Assembly: GCA_027923505.1 (NCBI GenBank)
Contig: BROI01000029.1
Coordinates: forward strand, 248,001 to 312,000
Direction: 5' to 3'
From: Mayamaea pseudoterrestris
Taxonomy: Eukaryota
Length of the DNA: 64,000 nt
This document shows positions 54,956-64,000 of the stretch, in pieces (within the stretch, counting starts at the first letter, position 1; each line of letters starts with the position of its first letter). The position numbers were made by a program, and so were the translations under genes. The notes beneath the pieces are model-generated. The model saw nothing but the letters and a program-made list of their open reading frames with translations, was not told the origin of the DNA and did not search any database.

Positions 54956-56530
54956 ATGGGATCTGGATTATCGAAACACCCTGATGAGATCCGAGCTGAG
55001 CAGCAACAACAGCCTTCATCGCCGTTACGATTTCCTTCAGAAGCTGCAGCACCCGATAATGTTGAGCCAGAGTCGGCAGTACTTTCAGAAGAGAAAGGAG
55101 GAGGCAGCGGAGGCAGCGGCGGCGGCGGATGCCCCATGAAGCGCACCGATGGATCCTACAGTTTCGACTGGAAGGCGCTGTTGCGTCCAGACTTTCCGCA
55201 TCGTCAAGGTGCGCCGACATCTAGGGCGAGTGAGGATGGTGTAAAGGAAGCCATGAGCAACAGCAACAACAAACAACTACTAGAACAAAGTGACACGTTG
55301 CCAGCTGGTGGTGGCGGCGGCGGATGTCCTGTAAAATCAAAGGCAAATTCACAGCAGGAGCAGCATCCTCAGTATAACGTTTACTCGCAACCGCTCGATC
55401 CAACCAACAACATGCCGCAAGTGGCCAACCAGCTACCTTCGCCCAACCAACGCAAGGAGCTTAGTACGGAGCGTGTTTCGAGTAGCATACCCAAGGGTGG
55501 TGGCTCCTCAAGTAGTGATACTAACGGTACTTCGTCTGCATCAGCAACGACATGGACCTACCCATCGCCGCAAATGTTTTACAACGCACTCAGCCGCAAG
55601 AACAAGCTTGGCGACACGACGGAGGATGACATTGCCAATGTTGTCACGCTGCACAACCACATGAACGAAAAGACGTGGCGCAAGATTCTGCAGTGGGAGC
55701 AGGTAGTTGAAACTAACGCTGATGAGAGCAATCCCCCAAAGTTGCTGCGCTTCTTGGGACGACCATCGGATCTTTCGCCAAAGGCGGCATTCAAGCACTA
55801 CTTGCTGGGCCATCCACTTCCGTACGATCGACACGACTGGACCATTGTTCACGAGCGCGATGGAAGCACGCGGCGCTACGTCATTGACTACTACCACGAC
55901 GAGTCGAAAAGCGAAGCGAGCGGCGCCGAAACGGACGACAAGGACGTTGCGGCAACACCCAGTTTGTTGGTTGACGTGCGGCCCGCCGCGGATGATGTGA
56001 CATCCATCTATAGTCGATTCATCAGCATGCCGTATGCGCGACGAGTCGCCAAGTCAACAACATTTGAACCGCTACCTATGGTTCCATCAACAACGATGAA
56101 GTCGCAGGTGCAGGAATCCATTCAAGTCTGGCAAAGCATTCAAAAGCAAGTTGCGGCCGGTGATGAAAGTGAAACTGACGACGACAGTGAAAGTAAGAAT
56201 AGTTTGCCTCGCCTTACAGAGACGCAGGCGCGCACGCTTGCCCGAGAATTTGCTCAGGTTGTTGGCGACTGTCGAGCGGCGCAGAAGCGCGTGAGCGATT
56301 GCAGCAACGACATGGAATGCGCACGAGCAAGCATGGACTTGACAGTATGCATGGGCAAAATTGTGTGTCCGCTGCAGCATGCGGCATTGACCAAGGCACT
56401 GTCATCTAGCTTTGATGGCGACGCCAAGATTGAAGCAGCATTGAACGTGCTGAATGATTGTGTCAGGCTGAAAACGGTGGACCATAAGAATGCGAAAGAG
56501 TTGTATCCGAAACTATTTAGCAAGTCATAA
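54956..56530 (+). CDS. HCCS: Holocytochrome c synthase (cytochrome c heme lyase) with C-terminal extension
   Basis: MGSGLS N-terminus, CPM/CPV heme-regulatory motifs, LSTERVSSSIP, WTYPSPQMFYNA, HN-x-MNE, SPKA, PYDRHDW, RYVIDYY, DVRPA. Confidence 0.92.
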   Translation: MGSGLSKHPDEIRAEQQQQPSSPLRFPSEAAAPDNVEPESAVLSEEKGGGSGGSGGGGCPMKRTDGSYSFDWKALLRPDFPHRQGAPTSRASEDGVKEAMSNSNNKQLLEQSDTLPAGGGGGGCPVKSKANSQQEQHPQYNVYSQPLDPTNNMPQVANQLPSPNQRKELSTERVSSSIPKGGGSSSSDTNGTSSASATTWTYPSPQMFYNALSRKNKLGDTTEDDIANVVTLHNHMNEKTWRKILQWEQVVETNADESNPPKLLRFLGRPSDLSPKAAFKHYLLGHPLPYDRHDWTIVHERDGSTRRYVIDYYHDESKSEASGAETDDKDVAATPSLLVDVRPAADDVTSIYSRFISMPYARRVAKSTTFEPLPMVPSTTMKSQVQESIQVWQSIQKQVAAGDESETDDDSESKNSLPRLTETQARTLAREFAQVVGDCRAAQKRVSDCSNDMECARASMDLTVCMGKIVCPLQHAALTKALSSSFDGDAKIEAALNVLNDCVRLKTVDHKNAKELYPKLFSKS

Positions 56531-56579
56531 ATAAATAAAAATTATGCGTTATAAGATTATACAAAATGTAGCTGAGCTG

Positions 56580-58037
56580 CTATTGCTCCATTGCTTGTAT
56601 CTGCGGCTGTTTAGTAATTGTTGCATGCTGTGCCGCGCTGACGCCGGCGACATGGCCCGTGCCCCAGCAATTAAGAAAATTATAGCCGCCAGTGACACCA
56701 TCAACGTTGATAAGCTCACCACAAACATAGAGACCAGGCACCTTCTTGCTCTCCATAGATTTTAAGTCAATCTCTTTCAAGTCAACCCCACCTGCCGTGA
56801 CGAATTCTTCCTTGAAGGTACCTTTGGATGTCATTTCGAGACTGCATTCGGCAATCTGTTGCGCCAATGCGCGAATCAGCTTTTTTGATACCTCGCCCCA
56901 GCGAACTTGCGCGTCAATGCCGGCTTGTTGCACTAAGGACGCCCACAGTCGACGAGGTATATCCGCTTCAATAATCGGACATGTCGTGGCAACGAGCTTT
57001 TTCGTATGAATGTCCGTCAACGCCCAAAGCTTTTCAAACACTTGTTCAGTATTGCTGCCCAGCTTTGGTGCCCAATGGACTCTTAAATGTGCTCTGTACC
57101 GAACTTGGGCAAACTCTCGCGCTGCAAACGCACTCAAACGCAGGGCACACGGACCCGACAATCCGTGATGGGTAATGAGCAAGGGTCCTTCCTGTTGAAT
57201 CGTGACCTTCTTCGGCTTGGAGCCGCCACCAGTACTTGCAACATCCTCCAATTTGAGTTGAATCATTGCATGAGGTACCGAAACACCTGATAGCTCATGC
57301 AGCAGTCCACCGGGCTGGACGGCGAATTTGCACGACAATGTAAACAGGGAAGCAACGGTTGGAACAATAGTATGTCCGAGATTCGCCGCCAGCTGGTAAC
57401 CCACAGCTGAAGATCCTGTCGCTAGTATGATTGCATCGAATGAAAGTGTTTGAGGCTCCGTTTCACTCCGTCGCTGAACTACCACTTGAAAGTTGCCGTG
57501 CGGTGTGACGTTAATGTTTGCCACTCTACTTTGGAGTTGCACAGTCACCCCAGCGTCGTCGGCCGCCTCCATCAGGCATTCCATAATGGTGGAGCTACTA
57601 TCCGTGACTGGAAACATGCGGCCATCTGCTTCCGTTTTTAGCTGAACGCCTCGTTGCTCAAACCATTCTCGAGCCTCTGACGGACCAAACTGCTTTGTAT
57701 ACAACCCTCGGAGCTCTTTGTTGCCACGAGGATATCCTTGCAGAATAGTAGAAACTGACTTGCTCGTATCATGCATGACATTGCAGCGGCCTCCGCCTGA
57801 TATTTTTACCTTCTGGAGCGGTTGCTGCGTGGCTTCGAACACTGTGACAGTCAATGATTCGTCCGAGTTAAATGATGCAGCGGCAATGGCGCTGAAAATA
57901 CCGCTAGCCCCGCCGCCAATGACTCCGATACGATGATATTTTTGACTGCGTGAAAGACCATGAGTCGAGAGCTGACGAAGCATAACGAGGAGTAAGTAAC
58001 GTTGCGGATAGAGGTACCGGTAGCGCTTCATCATCAT
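56580..58037 (-). CDS. HI0933/YhiN (BaiN-like) family flavoprotein
   Basis: VIGGGASG, KVKISGGGRCNV, GRMFP, LATG, LITHHGLSGP, VTAGGV, GELINVDGVTGGYNF. Confidence 0.92.
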   Translation of the reverse strand: MMMKRYRYLYPQRYLLLVMLRQLSTHGLSRSQKYHRIGVIGGGASGIFSAIAAASFNSDESLTVTVFEATQQPLQKVKISGGGRCNVMHDTSKSVSTILQGYPRGNKELRGLYTKQFGPSEAREWFEQRGVQLKTEADGRMFPVTDSSSTIMECLMEAADDAGVTVQLQSRVANINVTPHGNFQVVVQRRSETEPQTLSFDAIILATGSSAVGYQLAANLGHTIVPTVASLFTLSCKFAVQPGGLLHELSGVSVPHAMIQLKLEDVASTGGGSKPKKVTIQQEGPLLITHHGLSGPCALRLSAFAAREFAQVRYRAHLRVHWAPKLGSNTEQVFEKLWALTDIHTKKLVATTCPIIEADIPRRLWASLVQQAGIDAQVRWGEVSKKLIRALAQQIAECSLEMTSKGTFKEEFVTAGGVDLKEIDLKSMESKKVPGLYVCGELINVDGVTGGYNFLNCWGTGHVAGVSAAQHATITKQPQIQAMEQ

Positions 58038-58391
58038 GGTCGCAGTTGTGGTCAAAAAAAATTGACGAGTCGCTGAGTACCGAAAGGACGCAAAACAATC
58101 ACTGTCGCAACGCGTTGGATCCGTTTCGTGCTTCGCTTCCACGACGTGACCGCAAAACCAGCGACGGGCCTCCCATCGCAGCCAACGTGGCTTCATTGTC
58201 AAGCGATCGCACTCGCTCAGCGCAAGAAGCTAACGTCCACGATCTTGCTGTTTAATATGGTGCAAGAGCGAGGCTTAAAACCAGAGCAGCCACAAAGCGT
58301 TAACGAGTTACAGGGCATGGCGTGTCGAACAAGTCGTTGTCGTGCATTGAATGCTACCAATGAAGTAGCCTCCTAAGTCGTATCTGCTAAT

Positions 58392-59729
58392 ATGACATCG
58401 CTAAACGAAGAGAGGGACTTGGGCACACTAATAGCAGTCACCAAAGGCGGCGATTCACCGCCAACTGAGGTGGTAGAATTGACGAACTCATCGAACCAGT
58501 CACGTTTAAGCCTCTCCAGTCCCATCGCTAGCAAATCACTCAATACATTAGTGGCGTCTCATGAAAAGCATAGAAATGAACAGATTGCAAGGATGATGGC
58601 ATTTTTTCGTGGAGAAAGTCTTGACGAAGCCTTTAGCAAGCTAAAAGTTGCTCCAACGAGTCGACCGACCTCAAGGCGCCTGGCTCCACAAGATCTTGTC
58701 GAACGCATTTTTGACGATGGCTTCAGTGATGCGTACTTGAACGATGGGGAAAGCATGAGGATTCTTTTGTTCCTTTATGCGAGGGAGTATTTTGCAAATG
58801 ACGAACACCGACGCAAGCGCGAGTTGACCATTTTCCTCGACTCGCGCACAACTGGCCATCAACGTCTCATGCGAGTCATCGAATTTAAACACGACACAGT
58901 ACTGAGTGACGGGGCTTTCCAAGAGTGGATGGATATATTGACTGCGAAAGGCTACCTTGGAAACGATTTGCATGCAGGCGTCAAGATGATCTTTGAACTT
59001 TTCAAGCTTCAGATCGTCTTCCGACGCCAACTAAGCGGCAATTGCTTTCTACAAGCTGCTGCAGTAATGCACTGCTACTTGCTACAAATGGGTACCAAGA
59101 GATTCGATGGAATAATGGATCTGACGAGATACGTTCGGCAAGAGTATGACGACGTTCAGCTTTCTGCTTACACGCTGGACGATAAAGGCGGAACGTCTGT
59201 CAGAAACCTCAAAGAGCTCCTCCTCCCACGAAGCGCCATCATCATCATGGACTTTGTGGATGCTGACTATGACTTGGTGAAGGAATTTGTCGAACTACCG
59301 GCTACCTTGCGTCATTTGGAAACATATGGACCGGCACTCGTGTCAAACTTCAAGTGTGATCCTGACTTTATGGAGTACGGAAATAATCAAAGAGGACAGG
59401 AACTTGTTCTTCCATTGTTCGATGGCCAGCAGGACGAAAGCAAACAATTGAAGGGAGGTCATGCAATGGTCTTGGTCGCAATGAAACCTGTTGGGCCATT
59501 AGGAGACCGGCATTGGATTTTGTTACTCCAGAATTGGTGGGAGAGAATGCAGTTTGTTGAAATCACGGCGGAGTACTTTGTCAGCAGTCAAGCGTCCCTC
59601 ATTTGGGCCATGATTCTTCCCACTGAAATGCCATCTACACTTCCTGTCACCAAAGCTTTATATGCTGAGACGCATGTCGATGGATGCGATTCGCTTTACC
59701 CACTCCCACTCGACGGTGAATCGGAGTAA
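58392..59729 (+). CDS. Papain-fold (clan CA-like) cysteine peptidase-like protein, no signal peptide
   Basis: RRQLSGNCFLQAA (Q...C), GGHAMVLVA (H), LLQNWW (N). Confidence 0.7.
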   Translation: MTSLNEERDLGTLIAVTKGGDSPPTEVVELTNSSNQSRLSLSSPIASKSLNTLVASHEKHRNEQIARMMAFFRGESLDEAFSKLKVAPTSRPTSRRLAPQDLVERIFDDGFSDAYLNDGESMRILLFLYAREYFANDEHRRKRELTIFLDSRTTGHQRLMRVIEFKHDTVLSDGAFQEWMDILTAKGYLGNDLHAGVKMIFELFKLQIVFRRQLSGNCFLQAAAVMHCYLLQMGTKRFDGIMDLTRYVRQEYDDVQLSAYTLDDKGGTSVRNLKELLLPRSAIIIMDFVDADYDLVKEFVELPATLRHLETYGPALVSNFKCDPDFMEYGNNQRGQELVLPLFDGQQDESKQLKGGHAMVLVAMKPVGPLGDRHWILLLQNWWERMQFVEITAEYFVSSQASLIWAMILPTEMPSTLPVTKALYAETHVDGCDSLYPLPLDGESE

Positions 59730-60208
59730 GTAGGTAGCAAACTATGTTCCCATATTTTTAAACAAAGGAATGAGACTGACAGACGGAAAGACTTTCGTAA
59801 AAGTATTGCTGCGGCCTCTTGTCTGCCGGCTTTAAAAAGATAGTCCCGTACCGGTTGGGTTTCTACCGTACGACGAAACTGCGATGCGAGCTGATGAGTA
59901 CCGTAAGGATTTAAATCGCATCGCAGCGTTACTAAATTGCCGATCTCATTCGCATTCGCATTCATTTTCTCTTGCCAGCGGCGAGCCAACGTGACTGGAC
60001 GCTCGCCCTCGCAAACAACTCAGCAAGACAGGTACAAGTGCACTTAAAAGGCAAGACACAGGTTTGACCTCGAGCGAAAAGCGTCAACGGGAGGCAAATT
60101 TCCAAGCCGCAAGCAGTGAGGCGTACCGAACTGATTGTTTCTTGTGCATCGACTGTGAACTTTACGACCGAAAGAGAATCCCACGATTTGGCTTTCATAG
60201 AGACTGAT

Positions 60209-61539
60209 ATGGCTTCGCGTAACGAAGAGACGAGGGACTCTGACATTCTTGCAGTTGCTGAATGCGAGGATTCAACGCTGACGGATGATGCATCAATGAA
60301 AGTGTCGGATCTGGTGCAATCTACTCCTCCATCTGGCAGGCAACCCAACGCCAACACGGCGTCACATGAAAACCGAAAGCAGAAGCAGATTGAAACTATG
60401 ATGGAATTCCTTGGTGTGAGGACAATTAATGAAGGATTCAAAACTCTCGAGTTGTCTCCAGCGAAGCGACCAATCGTGAAAAAATTGAGTTTGCAGGATA
60501 TTCTCGGGCAAATATTTGACGATGGGTTCAATGACGCCTTCATGGTTGACACCCCCGAGAACAAGAACAAAGCAATTCTGTTGTTTCTTTACAACAAGGG
60601 ATATTTTAAAGAGGACGCTGAGCGACGCAAACACGATATATCCATGTTCCTCAGCACACGAACTATTGGCCAAGAACGCATGTTGAGAGTCATTAACACA
60701 TTGCACGACAAGTGGAGGCTGCATCGACCGAGAACCAGGCGTACTACGAGGAATGGCGAAACTTGTTGACGAAAGGAGGTTTCATTGGGCCTTCGGAAAA
60801 GGAGAACATCAGGTCGATCTTTAATCTTCACCAGTTGACGATCGTTTTCCGTCGACAACTCGGCGACATGTGCTTTCTCCATGCCGCTGCTGTGATGCAT
60901 TGTTACTTGCTACAGATGGGTACCGGGCGGTTTGATGGAATGATGGACCTTGCTAAATATGTGCGACAATGCTTCGATGATGAGCAACTCTCATCCTACA
61001 CCCTCGCCGCAGCTGGCGGGAGCAGTTGTGCGATTTTAAAGCATAATTTGAAAGTAAAGAAGCTTCTAAGCTGGGACTCGGAAGACATTCGAACAGATCT
61101 GATTGATAATTTCACCATCACCTACCCCGAAATTTGGAGTTGTCTACAAGCCTGTGGGCCGGCGCTTGTCAGTCACTTTGCTGTCGACACCAACTTTTAC
61201 GAGAGCCGGCTACCACAAAATCGCAGTGATCGGTGCTTGCCTCATTTTAGTGGGTCATACAATAAAGATAAGCACGAGGGCTACCATTCAATGGTTTTGG
61301 TAGCTATAAAGCGCGGGGAGACGGAGTGGACGCTCATCCTGCAAAACTGGTGGGTTGAAATGCAGTTTCTTGAGGTGACCGCGGAGTATTTTGTCAGCGC
61401 TGGAGCGGAACTTATCTGGGTCGTCAAATCCCAGACCGAAATGCCTATCAAGTATCCACTAACGAAAGCAATTTTGGCAGATACGCAAATTGACGGGTGT
61501 GATTGTGGCTCTGGCAGAGCCATTGACTGTGATTTGTAA
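60209..61539 (+). pseudogene. Tandem paralog of the papain-fold protein, split by a 1-bp frameshift at about 60710 (pseudogene or sequence error)
   Basis: ORFs 60116-60769 and 60712-61539 align end to end with 58392-59729 (IFDDGF-x-DA, IVFRRQL, CFL-x-AAAVMHCYLLQMGT, QNWW). Confidence 0.7.
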
Positions 61540-61749
61540 CTAGGTAAACTCATACTTTATCGGGAAAAGTTAATCGCCTATTTACTGGTTGTCAATACTT
61601 GCTTTCTGTGCAAGTCTATGACACATTCTCGTGGGTTTGGCAAAGTGCATGCGAGCGAGATCAAACGGGATCTTTTCCTTCGTCTTACCGGTACTAAAAG
61701 ATCGAGAAATCGGATCGACGCGGAGCGTCATCAATCACAAAGCAAGATT

Positions 61750-63852
61750 ATGATGTTATTCGAGGCGCGATCAAGAGCCGCAATCTTTTCTCTGTGTCTG
61801 GTATTTCAGCTATTCGAGTATAGAACTGCCGAAGCTTTTCTCCTGACTCGAAAGAACACGCGAGTGCCAGCGCTGGGCGGATCTGCTAACGATTTTTCAT
61901 CGTCGAAACAGCTTCACGATGACCTACGTCTGCACGAAAATGATCAACGGAGTATGCTTTTACAGGTCTTGTTTAACAACTCGTTGACAGAAGTTACCCT
62001 AACCGGTCAAGCGAAGTTGAAAACGACGAGCGAGTCCGTCTTGCAAGACTGTGCTGTATTAGTGTCGCCGCCAGATAGTCTTGAGGACTTGGGCTTGGGC
62101 CATGCTGCCATGCCAGCACTCCTCGTTCCCTTGACACCACCGCAACTAAAGCTTCTTCAATGCACCGCAATGAAACTGCCGCAATCCAAGTGGACACTCA
62201 TATCATCGCTGAATCCACTCTTGGTGAACCGCGACGGCGCTTTGTGTGACAATATTCCTTGGGCCGAGTGGACGGTTGATCCGCAGCAACGCAATCGCGA
62301 TGCATCCAACAATATCATTGCAACCAAGTATCACTCTGGAAAGCGAGATGCCTACAATCGATTCCTGGGCAAGGACTGGGCTGGTTCTGCGACTGCCAGT
62401 GTTGGATTGCTGCGGAGCGTTTTGGATCAAAGGCAAGACTCGGCAAAAAATGACCTTGACGAAAGTGGCACCAAGATTCTTGACGACTTTGGCTTGGACC
62501 AAGAGTCGCAAACGCAATTGGCGCGTCGTATTTGGGAGATTCAGTATCGCGAGGCGCAAATGGATTTGGCGGAGATTGAGTCGAACTTGGCAGTCGCAAC
62601 GCAGCAAGCGAGAAATGACGTGAGCGTTTGGGAGCAACAGCGAAACGTTGCCGCCCAAGCATTGCAGAAGCTGCAAGCACAAGGGCAATCAAGCACTAAA
62701 GGTGAACTACAGTCCAGTGCGTTGGACAAGCCGACGAGAAATGCTCCGCCATACCGAGGCGCTTCTGGCTATGATCCTGCTGCCGCCGAAGATACGGCAA
62801 CGTACCGCTCGCCCTATGACTTGCTCAAGGAAATTATAAAAGATCAATTGCAAGCGGAAATGGTTGGCGCCGTTCTAGAAATATCAAGTCTGCTGCAGGC
62901 GACCGTGGGTGGAGCATTGGTTATCCGACGAATATCCGCCAAGGAATCTATTTCCATTGCAGGTGAAACATTATCTATCGATAATACATCGGAGGACTAC
63001 GGAAATCCCAACGTGACAGGCCGCACTACCATTGTCGTGGAATGCGACGCGGATGAAGCCATTGGTATGGCACTGGCCTGCGATGTGCCTCTCCACGTGG
63101 AGACTGAGCTTTTCGATCGAGCGAGCGTCATGTGCCAAGTCAAGGATGACGACCATTTCAACGCAACTTCCACCAGCTATAAGTCATTATTACGCACGTG
63201 GAGAGCCATGGATAGCGAACTGTCTATATTAAAGGAAGGCCAATATGTTAACCAGTCGAAAACGGAGCGAGTGCTGGCGGTTCGCAGTCCGCGATCGACC
63301 TCACTGTTTGATGCCATGTTTGCGATGCCGCCGCCTCCATCATCGCCCGTCTTTCCAACTGATAACCCCGTTAAAACGTTAAATGAATATGACGCATTGT
63401 CAGTTGTTGATAAAGCACAAACCTTGCAATCAATGAGCGGATTCAATGGGCGACTGCCCAGACCTCGAGTTGTGCGCGAGAAGCCATCGTCGTTGGATGA
63501 ATTACTAATACCCCTTGTAGATGAGTCGGTTCGCCGACAGTACCTAATTCGCGATGCCAAGCAGCGAGGAGACACGGTGACTGCCGCAGAATTAGAATCT
63601 CGCAAGAGTCAGCGGCAGGTCGCAAAGGAACGAGCGGACTTTGCTCGAGATATGGGCAAGGATGACGAGGCCGAATATTGGGAAAACGAAGCTAACTTCT
63701 TAGAAACACTTCGAGCGGATGCGACCCAAGACGAGGGTGCATATTCAGAGTGGCTTGATCGGGACGAGTGGTACGAGCGGCAACGATTGAAACTAGCAAA
63801 GCGAGTGGACAAGAAAAAGTTAGGAACGTTGCTCGATGGGATTGACTTTTGA
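61750..63852 (+). CDS. Plastid-targeted protein with possible bifunctional-nuclease (DUF151)-like and UVR-like segments
   Basis: Signal peptide ending AEAF; SPYDLLKEII...VECDADEAIGMALACDVPLHV resembles the BFN pattern; C-terminal helical hairpins. Confidence 0.5.
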   Translation: MMLFEARSRAAIFSLCLVFQLFEYRTAEAFLLTRKNTRVPALGGSANDFSSSKQLHDDLRLHENDQRSMLLQVLFNNSLTEVTLTGQAKLKTTSESVLQDCAVLVSPPDSLEDLGLGHAAMPALLVPLTPPQLKLLQCTAMKLPQSKWTLISSLNPLLVNRDGALCDNIPWAEWTVDPQQRNRDASNNIIATKYHSGKRDAYNRFLGKDWAGSATASVGLLRSVLDQRQDSAKNDLDESGTKILDDFGLDQESQTQLARRIWEIQYREAQMDLAEIESNLAVATQQARNDVSVWEQQRNVAAQALQKLQAQGQSSTKGELQSSALDKPTRNAPPYRGASGYDPAAAEDTATYRSPYDLLKEIIKDQLQAEMVGAVLEISSLLQATVGGALVIRRISAKESISIAGETLSIDNTSEDYGNPNVTGRTTIVVECDADEAIGMALACDVPLHVETELFDRASVMCQVKDDDHFNATSTSYKSLLRTWRAMDSELSILKEGQYVNQSKTERVLAVRSPRSTSLFDAMFAMPPPPSSPVFPTDNPVKTLNEYDALSVVDKAQTLQSMSGFNGRLPRPRVVREKPSSLDELLIPLVDESVRRQYLIRDAKQRGDTVTAAELESRKSQRQVAKERADFARDMGKDDEAEYWENEANFLETLRADATQDEGAYSEWLDRDEWYERQRLKLAKRVDKKKLGTLLDGIDF

Positions 63853-64000
63853 TTGCCAATTTGGAGATATCTCACGTTCGACAGAAAGCGTACAGTAGCT
63901 TCATGATACATGTTTGTAATGTTAATTTATATGCATATATATCGTACGTGATTCTTTGCTTGCTACCGGACGCGATGCTAGCAAATCACAGCTGGTTTGA

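Noticed and set aside
1..64000. CRISPR arrays, rRNA, tRNA or prokaryotic operons
   Set aside because: No regularly spaced repeats or recognisable structural RNA genes seen; introns and gene content indicate a eukaryotic nuclear locus

Overview
Gene-dense eukaryotic genomic DNA, most likely from a pennate diatom: short GT-AG introns, bipartite 'signal + AF' plastid presequences, a KRE6-type transglycosylase and a CBA1-like protein. About 28 host genes are recognisable, including a subtilisin, bZIP, 3R-MYB, eIF2A, RRF, PanK, PPAT, NO66, RTF1, HCCS and two papain-fold paralogs. The standout is a complete 7089-bp tyrosine-recombinase (Ngaro/PAT-type DIRS-order) retrotransposon at 24851-31939. It has split direct repeats A1...B1-A2-B2 and is inserted without a target-site duplication inside the eIF2A coding sequence; removing it restores the reading frame exactly. 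The element suggests an unusual expression scheme. Gag and pol share one frame, separated by a single UGA-CGG stop followed by a stem-loop (a readthrough signature). A candidate intron (27492-30138) would splice the recombinase ORF, which has no 5' ATG, in frame onto gag. The B1/A2 circle junction folds into an extensive hairpin. Other points of interest: H3-tail-like GKQL repeats in RTF1, a twin-CX9C extension on HCCS, and adjacent CoA-pathway genes. All family assignments are from motif recognition by eye; no database searches were run.
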